Assembly: GCA_900751685.1 (NCBI GenBank)
Contig: CAADSR010000257.1
Coordinates: 1-60,645 of the forward strand
Origin: Clostridia bacterium
Lineage (GTDB): Bacteria > Bacillota > Clostridia > UBA1381
Direction of reading: 5' to 3'
DNA length: 60,645 bases
Part shown: positions 41,803 to 49,310 of the stretch, piece by piece
How the letters are laid out: every line of letters starts with the position of its first letter
Numbering within the stretch: the stretch's first letter is position 1
Notes under the pieces: generated by a model
The model's input: the letters and a program-made list of their open reading frames with translations, nothing else
What the model was told of the DNA's origin: nothing
Database searches by the model: none
Made by a program: the position numbers and the translations under genes

Positions 41803-42369
41803 TCAAATCATTTCCGCAAAATAGCGGTGGAAACGAAAATCCTCTGTTAATTCGGGATGGAAGGAAGTGACCAGCATATTTTTCTCACGGGCTGCCACAA
41901 TATGACTGTCCACTGTGCAGAGGATGTCTACACCATCTCCTGCAGCTTCGATCCAGGGAGCCCGGATAAAGACCAGTGGATAGGGGAAGCCGCCAAGCCC
42001 GGGAAGTACCACGTCCTTATGAAAGCTGTCCAGCTGGGCGCCATAGGCATTCCTGCAGACCGTAATGTCCATTACATCAAGGTGGGGGGATTCCCCAACG
42101 ATTTCTTTTGCCAAAAGGATCATTCCCGCACAGGTGCCCCATACAGGCATGCCTTCTTTGATCCGTTGCCGCAGGGGGGCTGCAAGGCTAAAAATATTTA
42201 AAAGCCTTGAGATCGTTGTGCTTTCGCCACCGGGCAAAATCAGCCCGTCCACTTTTTCAAGGGCATCCAATTTGTTGACCGGAACTGCGTTTATGCCGCT
42301 TAATTGATGAAGGGCATGGAGATGCTCCTCTACAGAGCCCTGAAAGGATAAAACGCCAATGGTTTTCAT
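41803..42369 (-). CDS. pdxT: Pyridoxal 5'-phosphate synthase glutaminase subunit PdxT
   Basis: MKTIGVLSFQGSVEEH... with GGESTT and the catalytic WGTCAGMILL. Start at 42369. Confidence 0.93.
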   Translation of the reverse strand: MKTIGVLSFQGSVEEHLHALHQLSGINAVPVNKLDALEKVDGLILPGGESTTISRLLNIFSLAAPLRQRIKEGMPVWGTCAGMILLAKEIVGESPHLDVMDITVCRNAYGAQLDSFHKDVVLPGLGGFPYPLVFIRAPWIEAAGDGVDILCTVDSHIVAAREKNMLVTSFHPELTEDFRFHRYFAEMI

Positions 42370-42373
42370 TGGT

Positions 42374-43249
42374 TTACCAACCCCTTTGTGCCATCCGGTC
42401 TTCCGGTGCGATCTCATTCAGCTCAAGCCCCTTCATTGCTTCCCCGAGGCCTTCGCTGACTTCTGCAAGGATCTGCGGGTCATTGTAATAAGCAGTTGCT
42501 TTAACAATTGCCCGTGCCATGACCTCCGGATTGGAGGATTTAAAGATACCAGATCCTACAAATACGCCTTCTGCGCCTAATTGCATCATCAAAGAAGCGT
42601 CGGCCGGGGTAGCGATCCCGCCTGCTGCAAAGTTTACAACTGGCAGTTTCCCATTTTCAGCAACCCAGACAACTAAATCATAAGGAGCGCCGTTTTCTTT
42701 GGCAAAGGTCATCAGCTCGGCGCTATCCATGCTTGCCAAACGGCGGATCTCACTTTGCATCGTGCGCATATGCCGTACAGCCTCTACTACGTTTCCGGTC
42801 CCTGCTTCGCCCTTGGTACGGATCATTGCAGCACCTTCTCCGATACGGCGGAGCGCTTCCCCAATGTTGCGGGCGCCACAGACAAACGGCACGTCAAATT
42901 GAGCCTTGTCCAGATGATACGCGTCATCTGCTGGTGTCAATACTTCGCTTTCATCGATATAGTCGATTTTTAATGCCTGTAGTATTTGCGCTTCTGCCAA
43001 ATGGCCGATCCGTGCTTTTGCCATGACCGGGATCGAAACAGCCTCCTGGATCCCACGGATCATTTTAGGGTCGCTCATTCGTGCAACGCCCCCTTGCTTG
43101 CGGATATCTGAAGGGACGCGCTCTAAGGCCATTACTGCAACAGCACCGGCTTCTTCTGCGATTTTTGCCTGCTCTGGATTTGTAACATCCATGATAACGC
43201 CGCCTTTTAACATTTGCGCGAGGTTTTTGTTTAGTTCTAATTGACTCAT
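42374..43249 (-). CDS. pdxS: Pyridoxal 5'-phosphate synthase lyase subunit PdxS
   Basis: ...[41 protein letters not shown]... canonical PdxS. Start at 43249; the track extension is spurious. Confidence 0.96.
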   Translation of the reverse strand: MSQLELNKNLAQMLKGGVIMDVTNPEQAKIAEEAGAVAVMALERVPSDIRKQGGVARMSDPKMIRGIQEAVSIPVMAKARIGHLAEAQILQALKIDYIDESEVLTPADDAYHLDKAQFDVPFVCGARNIGEALRRIGEGAAMIRTKGEAGTGNVVEAVRHMRTMQSEIRRLASMDSAELMTFAKENGAPYDLVVWVAENGKLPVVNFAAGGIATPADASLMMQLGAEGVFVGSGIFKSSNPEVMARAIVKATAYYNDPQILAEVSEGLGEAMKGLELNEIAPEDRMAQRGW

Positions 43250-43325
43250 GTGATTTCTTCCTTTCTCTGCTTGCCGCTTGACGGGCTTGACATTTTCTAT
43301 TATTCTGATTATAATTATAACACAG

Positions 43326-43349
43326 ATTGACATCATCTAAAGTGTCAAT
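43326..43349. promoter_or_regulatory. Inverted repeat in the pdxS/pdxR divergent control region (candidate PdxR operator)
   Basis: ATTGACA-N10-TGTCAAT. Further TTGAC(A/G) copies lie at about 43278 and 43287. Confidence 0.35.
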
Positions 43350-43376
43350 TTATATATTTTTTATGAGGTCAGATGA

Positions 43377-44750
43377 ATGAATAATCTTACGGTCACTTTT
43401 GATACAACAAGTAAAAGGCCTTTATATGAACAGCTCTATGCCCATATTGCTGAAGAAATAAAATGCCAGCATTTAAAGGAAGGGGAGCGCCTTCCCTCAA
43501 AAAAGTCCCTTTCCTCCCATTTGAAGGTCAGCCTGAACACGGTAGAGAGTGCATACCAAATGCTGGTGCAGGAAGGCTATGTCTATGCTGTGCCGCGCAG
43601 CGGGTTTTATGTGTGCAAAGTAGAGGCGGGAGCAGGAAGAAATGCAGAGCCTATTTTGGTAGAGGAAGAGCTGCGGGAAAAACCGGATTATAAAGTAGAT
43701 TTTAAAACAAATGCTGTGGATATTGAGTCTTTCCCTTATGCCACCTGGATCCGCCTTTCCAAAGGGATCATGTATGGGAATCCTGATCTACTGTCTGCCG
43801 GGGAAGCGCAGGGAGATTTGGTATTGCGGCAGAGCATTGTGAAGCATTTGAGGGAGCTGCGAGGGGTACGCTGTAGTCCTACCCAGGTCATTGTAGGCGC
43901 AGGAATGGAATATCTGCTGATGCTGTTGACAGAGATCTTAGGAGAAGGCAACCGTTTCGCTGTAGAAGATCCTGGCTACCGGAAAATAGAGAATGTTTTA
44001 AAAAACAGCGGGGGGGAAGTGCACTATATTCCTGTGGATCATCATGGGATGCAAACAAAGGCGCTTAAAAGGACAGATGCAAACATTGTTTATATCACGC
44101 CATCCCACCAGTTTCCAACCGGGGCGGTTATGCCTGTGGGGCGGCGGATGGAGCTGTTATCCTGGGCTGCCGGACAGGAGGGGCGTTATATCATTGAGGA
44201 TGATTATAATAGTGAATTTCATTTTAACGGGCGCCCGATTCCGGCAGTACAGGGGCTTGATTCCTGGAACAAGGTGATCTATCTAAGCACTTTTTCACGG
44301 ATCCTTGCACCCTCTATTCGGATCGCCTATATGGTACTCCCGCCCCAATTACTGCAAATTTACCGGCAGCGTTTTGGGGGATATTCGTCCACCGTACCGC
44401 GGTTTGACCAGCACACGTTAAGTAAGTTTATGGAGGAGGGGTATTTGGCCCGTCATTTAAACCGGGTCAAAGGGATCTATAAAAAACGAAGGGATACCCT
44501 TTTATCGATGCTGGGGCGTATTCAGGTAGAAGTGTCGGGAGAAAACGCAGGCCTGCACCTATTGATCCGTATGCCTTCGGCAGGGGCGGTGAAGTCGTTC
44601 TTAAAAACCGCTGATAAGCATAAAATAAAATTCTATTTGCTGGATGATTATTATTTTACACCACAAAAAAAGCCTGCAAATACATTGATCGCCGGATATG
44701 CGGGAGTCAATGAAGAACAGATCAAATGGGCGGCGAAATTGCTGATGTAG
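43377..44750 (+). CDS. pdxR: MocR/GntR-family regulator with PLP-dependent aminotransferase-like domain (PdxR-type)
   Basis: N-terminal GntR wHTH (PLYEQLYAHIAEEI...GERLPSKKSLSSHLKVSLNTV) plus a ~350-aa aminotransferase-fold domain. It is divergent from pdxST, the classical PdxR arrangement. Confidence 0.8.
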   Translation: MNNLTVTFDTTSKRPLYEQLYAHIAEEIKCQHLKEGERLPSKKSLSSHLKVSLNTVESAYQMLVQEGYVYAVPRSGFYVCKVEAGAGRNAEPILVEEELREKPDYKVDFKTNAVDIESFPYATWIRLSKGIMYGNPDLLSAGEAQGDLVLRQSIVKHLRELRGVRCSPTQVIVGAGMEYLLMLLTEILGEGNRFAVEDPGYRKIENVLKNSGGEVHYIPVDHHGMQTKALKRTDANIVYITPSHQFPTGAVMPVGRRMELLSWAAGQEGRYIIEDDYNSEFHFNGRPIPAVQGLDSWNKVIYLSTFSRILAPSIRIAYMVLPPQLLQIYRQRFGGYSSTVPRFDQHTLSKFMEEGYLARHLNRVKGIYKKRRDTLLSMLGRIQVEVSGENAGLHLLIRMPSAGAVKSFLKTADKHKIKFYLLDDYYFTPQKKPANTLIAGYAGVNEEQIKWAAKLLM

Positions 44751-44918
44751 TGGTCAGAGAGGTGATCCGGGTTAAAATTATGGAAACTTAAAAAGGACGG
44801 TTGAATCAAAGAAACGGATCAGAGCTAAAAATATCCTGATTGTTGTCTAATTTCAACCGTTCTTTTTGTGCGAATAGTCAAAATAAATGGTATACCAAAG
44901 CTGTTACAAGAAAAAAAT

Positions 44919-45434
44919 TTAAAGGACCGTGATATGCAGTGTACGCATACTATCCAAGGCCCGAAGGTTTGACTCTGGATCGGGGGCCGCTACGCAATGG
45001 CTGTCTACGAGGAGCTCGGCATCCGGGCATGCTGTTTTTGCCAATACTGCATTAGATAATATACAAATACTGCTGACCACACCGGCTAATTCAATTTGCT
45101 GATATGGGTTCTCCTGCAAATATTCAAATAAAGCACTGGAACCAAACGTATCTTTTTCAAAAAAACGTTTTCCTTCCAAAAGCCTAGCAGTTTGGCCATA
45201 GAGCTCCCAGCCTGCCGTGTTTTTAATACAATGAGGCACCGGGAGATGGCGCCCTTCTTCTGTTTCAAGATAAGACCGGCCGTGGGTGTCCATAGTATAG
45301 ACAATGTCTCCGGAAGTTTCATATTCCTTAATTTTGGCACAAATAGCAGGGTCTAACGCAGCAGCTTCGGGAAATCCCAAAGAGCCGTCAACAAAATCCT
45401 TTTGATAATCCACTATGATTAATAAACGTTTCAT
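44919..45434 (-). CDS. Isochorismatase-family cysteine hydrolase (nicotinamidase-like)
   Basis: MKRLLIIVDYQKDFVDGSLGF... and ...AGVVSSICILSNA (catalytic Cys context). Start at 45434. Confidence 0.8.
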   Translation of the reverse strand: MKRLLIIVDYQKDFVDGSLGFPEAAALDPAICAKIKEYETSGDIVYTMDTHGRSYLETEEGRHLPVPHCIKNTAGWELYGQTARLLEGKRFFEKDTFGSSALFEYLQENPYQQIELAGVVSSICILSNAVLAKTACPDAELLVDSHCVAAPDPESNLRALDSMRTLHITVL

Positions 45435-45571
45435 GCTTATCCATCCTTTCATCTGTTTGTATTATATCCCAAACGGGGGCCGATTGCAACTGTTTCACAA
45501 ATTGGCCATAATCCGCATATTATGTAAACATAGGCAGTGCCTATAATCTATAAAAGGAGTGGATTTTTAAT

Positions 45572-45796
45572 ATGTCAGATATTAATAAACCAAGTATGCC
45601 ATCGTGTCCACCGTGTCCTTCCTGTCCGGTCTATCCCTGCGGCTGCGTTGGGTATGCGTATGTTCCGGTTCAGGAATTAGATAAAACATATGATCCTATG
45701 ACAGCATTGAGACAGGGGACCATTTTCCCTGAGTTGGACTTGCCGATGTGCGAATATGGGAAGGTTTGTAAAGCAGGAGGTAGTCTCAATGAATAG
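45572..45796 (+). CDS. cotJA: Spore coat-associated protein CotJA
   Basis: 74 aa, Cys/Pro-rich N-terminus, conserved AYVPVQ...GTIFPELDLP motif. Confidence 0.85.
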   Translation: MSDINKPSMPSCPPCPSCPVYPCGCVGYAYVPVQELDKTYDPMTALRQGTIFPELDLPMCEYGKVCKAGGSLNE

Positions 45797-46040
45797 AACA
45801 GAGATGCTCAATGCATTACAAAGCTATAATTTTGCAGCATATGATATGTTGCTTTATTTGGATACCCATCCAAAGGATAAAAAAGCATTTGAAATGTTCC
45901 GTGACCTTGTAGAAAAAACACGCCGTATGAAACAGGATTTTGAAAACCAATTCGGCCCGCTGACCCCTTATTCCGCAGCGCGTTTTGAAGAATTTAATTG
46001 GTTAGATTCACCATGGCCATGGGAAAAGGAGGGCAATTAA
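45789..46040 (+). CDS. cotJB: Spore coat protein CotJB
   Basis: MNRTEMLNALQSYNFAAYDMLLYLDTHP... typical CotJB. It overlaps the cotJA stop. SD GGAGG. Confidence 0.85.
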   Translation: MNRTEMLNALQSYNFAAYDMLLYLDTHPKDKKAFEMFRDLVEKTRRMKQDFENQFGPLTPYSAARFEEFNWLDSPWPWEKEGN

Positions 46041-46042
46041 GC

Positions 46043-46153
46043 ATGTTTAGTTATAATAAATTTCTAGAATTTCCAATCCGGATCAAAAATCCAAACCCCA
46101 GATTGGCGAATATAGTAATAACACAATATGGAGGGCCAAATGGCAATTGCTAA
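46043..46153 (+). pseudogene. cotJC: 5' fragment of cotJC (Mn-catalase-family spore coat protein), interrupted by the mobile element
   Basis: Good SD (AGGAGGG). MFSYNKFLEFPIRIKNPNPRLANIVITQYGGPNG matches the CotJC N-terminus up to the conserved QYGG.DG. Resemblance then ends and a stop follows 2 codons later. A full CotJC is about 190 aa. Confidence 0.8.
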
Positions 46154-46171
46154 AATGAGGTCAAAGCGGCA

Positions 46172-47608
46172 TCATAAGCGGTATAGGATATCAAATTGCC
46201 GGCCGTCATCGCCTGTCTTGATGATGTCACCTATAAATTCCCTGGCGACCGTATTTTTTTGAACCGGCGAAAGGGAAGGGTCTTTTAAAGCCTCGATGGA
46301 CTGTGATATTTTTTCTTTTAGATTGTTTATTGTTGTTTCCCGGTCTTCTGTAGGCTGCATTTCCTGCTGTATCTGCTGGTTGACCTGGTCGATTTCTTTT
46401 TGAAGCTTTGCTTTGTTCTCCTTGTATTCTTCCAGAGTATCCACTCCATTTTCATATGCTTCTTTAACACGCCTCATACGGTTTTCAGCACGTTTGAGCT
46501 GGTCCTGGTATATTTTCATGTTCGGAGCGGAGGAAGGGTCTTTTTCGGGGATTTTTATGTCTATGCTCCCATTGATAAATCCCTCTAACTGGCTCAGTAT
46601 AAAAGCTTCTACCGTTTCAACTTTTATCCCGCCGTTGCCAGGGCAGGTGCCTTTGGAGCGGTTGTTGCAATATAAGTACCCGTTACAGTTTACGATGGGG
46701 CCGCCGCAGAGCCCGCAGTGGATCAGGCCGACAAGCCAATGGCTGATACTGTCTTTGGGTTTATACCATTTGCGGTAATGTTCCTTTTGTTCCTTCATGC
46801 GTTTTTGCACCTTCTCCCATGTATCCATATCAATGATCGCTTCATGCGACCCATCTTCAATGATGCTGTCCTCGTTATAATAATTCCGCCCGGTCTGCCC
46901 GGTAGGAGTCCAGCGGATCTTCCCGATATAAGCCGGATTGTTCAGCCAATACTCCACGGTCCGGTTCTCGATTTTATTTCCCCGGTGTGTCCGGACGCCC
47001 GCAGCATTCAAGTTTTTTGCGATCCGGAGCATACCGACGCCGGCGCTGTACCAGTCGAACACCTGCTTTATAATCCTGCTTTCTTCCTCTAAGGGCAGCA
47101 GCTGCTTCTCTTTCATCTGGTACCCAAAGGGAGCAATGGCCAAAGGCTCTCCCCGTTTGGCTTTTTCGGTCATGCCCCGTTTTACTTCTTCAGCCAGATT
47201 GATGCTGTAGTATTCATCCATGGCCTCGATCATGGCTTCAAACAGGATAGACATTTTGTCGTCCCCCAGGCTTTCACTGATGGAGATGACTTCAATGCCG
47301 AGCTGCTTCCGGAGCATGGACTTGTATACGATACTATCCTCCCGGTTCCGGGCAAACCGGCTGAACTTCCAAAGGAGGATCGCGTCAAAGGGCTTGGGCT
47401 TTAGTTTTGCGGTACCGATCATCCGGATAAAGCCGGCGCGCTTGTTTACCTTTTTCCCGCTGATCCCTTCATCCATAAAAATGTATTCTTCCGGGATAAT
47501 ATAGCCATTCCGTTTTGCATACTCCCGTATCGCTTTTATCTGGCTGTCAGGACTGTACTCGATCTGGTCATCCGTAGATACACGGATGTATGCAGCAGCT
47601 ATTTTCAT
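46172..47608 (-). CDS. Large serine recombinase (SpoIVCA/SprA/phiC31-type)
   Basis: N-terminal resolvase domain MKIAAAYIRVSTDDQ (catalytic Ser), recombinase domain, zinc ribbon (CGLCGG...C..........C), C-terminal coiled coil. Start at 47608 behind the SD AAGGAG. The stop lies about 20 bp from the cotJC junction. Confidence 0.9.
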   Translation of the reverse strand: MKIAAAYIRVSTDDQIEYSPDSQIKAIREYAKRNGYIIPEEYIFMDEGISGKKVNKRAGFIRMIGTAKLKPKPFDAILLWKFSRFARNREDSIVYKSMLRKQLGIEVISISESLGDDKMSILFEAMIEAMDEYYSINLAEEVKRGMTEKAKRGEPLAIAPFGYQMKEKQLLPLEEESRIIKQVFDWYSAGVGMLRIAKNLNAAGVRTHRGNKIENRTVEYWLNNPAYIGKIRWTPTGQTGRNYYNEDSIIEDGSHEAIIDMDTWEKVQKRMKEQKEHYRKWYKPKDSISHWLVGLIHCGLCGGPIVNCNGYLYCNNRSKGTCPGNGGIKVETVEAFILSQLEGFINGSIDIKIPEKDPSSAPNMKIYQDQLKRAENRMRRVKEAYENGVDTLEEYKENKAKLQKEIDQVNQQIQQEMQPTEDRETTINNLKEKISQSIEALKDPSLSPVQKNTVAREFIGDIIKTGDDGRQFDILYRL

Positions 47609-47753
47609 TATACGTTGCTCCTTAGTTTCAATTCTCACCCCTGTGTGAGGGGCGTCAATATGATTTTATTGTCATTTATGCAGGTCAAACTTGTATTAAA
47701 ACTCATTTTGTGGCAAACATTATTTTATTATGCTGTATAATGCATATAAAATT

Positions 47754-48629
47754 TTACTTTAGTATTTTTTGTTTCTCTTTTAAGAATTCTTCAGCAGTAA
47801 TAATATTATCATCCAATAAGTCCTTTAAAGAACGTAATGCATTTGATTTATCTAGCGTATTTATAGAAATATTTTTATTTTTTTCCTGTTCCATTTCTTC
47901 TATAAAACCAGCAGAAATAATACCAGTTGGTACAGCAACAAGCCCAATTCCCAGTAGTGCAATAATGGAACTAAACAGGCGGCCCCATCCTGTAATTGGA
48001 TAAATATCACCATAGCCAACGGTGGTAAAGGTAGCAATGGACCACCACAGTCCGGAAAAAGCATTCTTAAACACATCAGGCTGTACGGGGTTTTCCACAT
48101 TATACATTAATAAAGAAGAAATCACCATTAATATAAATACAACAATTAAAGAAGAAACCAATTGATTGGACTTTTGTTTTAGAACACCTCCTATGGTAGA
48201 GAGGGCAGAAGTATAACGGTTCACTTTTAATAAGTGGAAGACCCGTAGCAAACGCAGCATCCGGAGGACTTTTAAATCTATTGGCAGAACGAACGGAAGG
48301 TAAAATGGCAAAATAGAAATCAAGTCAACAAAAGCCATAAAGGAAAATATGTACCGGATCCGGGCACGTGTTGGAGATTTATCTGGATATAGATAATCAG
48401 CAGTCCAAACACGTAAGAAGTATTCAATTGTAAAAATAATAACAGATATCGTTTCAATAATAGAAAAAACAGATTTTGTATTTTCACTGATATTAAACGT
48501 AGTTGCAATCAAAAGACAGACATTAAATAAAATTAAGCAAAGTATAAACAAATCGAATATTTTACTTGAAATATCGTTATCTTCTGCAGCTTGAATAATT
48601 TCAAAAATCCGTCGTTTCAGTTTTTGCAT
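47754..48629 (-). CDS. 6-TM voltage-gated-type K+ channel with a C-terminal SHOCT-like domain
   Basis: Selectivity filter TTVGYGD. S4-like helix LRMLRLLRVFHLLK with a basic residue at every third position. C-terminus LRSLKDLLDDNIITAEEFLKEKQKILK resembles SHOCT. Start at 48629 behind the SD GGGGAG. Confidence 0.85.
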   Translation of the reverse strand: MQKLKRRIFEIIQAAEDNDISSKIFDLFILCLILFNVCLLIATTFNISENTKSVFSIIETISVIIFTIEYFLRVWTADYLYPDKSPTRARIRYIFSFMAFVDLISILPFYLPFVLPIDLKVLRMLRLLRVFHLLKVNRYTSALSTIGGVLKQKSNQLVSSLIVVFILMVISSLLMYNVENPVQPDVFKNAFSGLWWSIATFTTVGYGDIYPITGWGRLFSSIIALLGIGLVAVPTGIISAGFIEEMEQEKNKNISINTLDKSNALRSLKDLLDDNIITAEEFLKEKQKILK

Positions 48630-48645
48630 AAGAAACTCCCCTTTA

Positions 48646-49269
48646 TTATTTAACATATTTATTAATTTTATATGTTTTCTTATTATGTATCGGACAATAG
48701 TAGCTGTTGAACATGTGTCCGCTATTGCAGTCAGGCATTAAGCATTTGTGGTCTATACAGTAATTGCAGTGATCATTTGTACAGCGTTCATGGCAGCCAG
48801 TTTCTCTGCATTCGTGTATAAAGCAATAATAACTATTGATTTGTGCGGTATACTGACAATCAGGGATACTACAAAGACGTGTATTTCTAGGAGAAATATT
48901 ATTTTTAATTTGTGGATTAGTGTTTTGTTCTTGTTCTGGCAAACTGTCTTTGTTTGTTGATGGCTCTCCTTCTTCCAAACAGCGTCGTATAAATGCACGG
49001 CCATCCACACTGTTATCATCATTATCTTTATGAATTGTTCTATCCTCCCCACAAGATTTACATTTTGTATCCCGTGGAGCATTGACTTCCTCACAATTAG
49101 GACAAACCCAGCGTACTCCATTTGTAGAGTTAGTCGTAACGGTATTAGGCGATGCGTTGTATCTCATAGGGAAGATGTTTGAATTTAATGCATAATTTGC
49201 AATAATGATAACAGTACATAATAAGAATATTCCCGTAGCTATTCCGGCAATGAATTTTTTCATAAACAT
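48646..49269 (-). CDS. Membrane-anchored Cys-rich protein with zinc-ribbon and duplicated Cys/His motif
   Basis: N-terminal TM anchor. WVCPNCEEVNAPRDTKCKSCG is a RanBP2-like zinc ribbon. The C-terminal motif C-x2-PDC-x7/8-NSYYC-x-IH occurs twice. I recognise no family. Confidence 0.6.
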   Translation of the reverse strand: MFMKKFIAGIATGIFLLCTVIIIANYALNSNIFPMRYNASPNTVTTNSTNGVRWVCPNCEEVNAPRDTKCKSCGEDRTIHKDNDDNSVDGRAFIRRCLEEGEPSTNKDSLPEQEQNTNPQIKNNISPRNTRLCSIPDCQYTAQINSYYCFIHECRETGCHERCTNDHCNYCIDHKCLMPDCNSGHMFNSYYCPIHNKKTYKINKYVK

Positions 49270-49310
49270 AACCCCTTATCTGTAGGCTTTTTATTTATGG
49301 AGATTTGTAT

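Noticed and set aside
41718-41870. Promoter-like TTGAAA-N15-TATAAT and a ~43-aa ORF starting at 41739, running antisense into pdxT
   Set aside because: The promoter spacer is too short. The ORF passes through the strong bidirectional terminator at 41757-41800 and overlaps the pdxT 3' end.
44794-44861. Long-range pairing GGACGGTTGAA/TTCAACCGTTC downstream of pdxR as a structured RNA
   Set aside because: The 11-bp stem encloses a 46-nt loop and is flanked by an A-run and a T-run. It is most simply a bidirectional terminator between convergent genes, and there is not enough evidence for anything more.
47736-47741. TATAAT on the + strand pointing into the 3' end of the K+ channel gene
   Set aside because: There is no acceptable -35 element at 16-18 nt. 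TATAAT-like hexamers are expected by chance in sequence this AT-rich.
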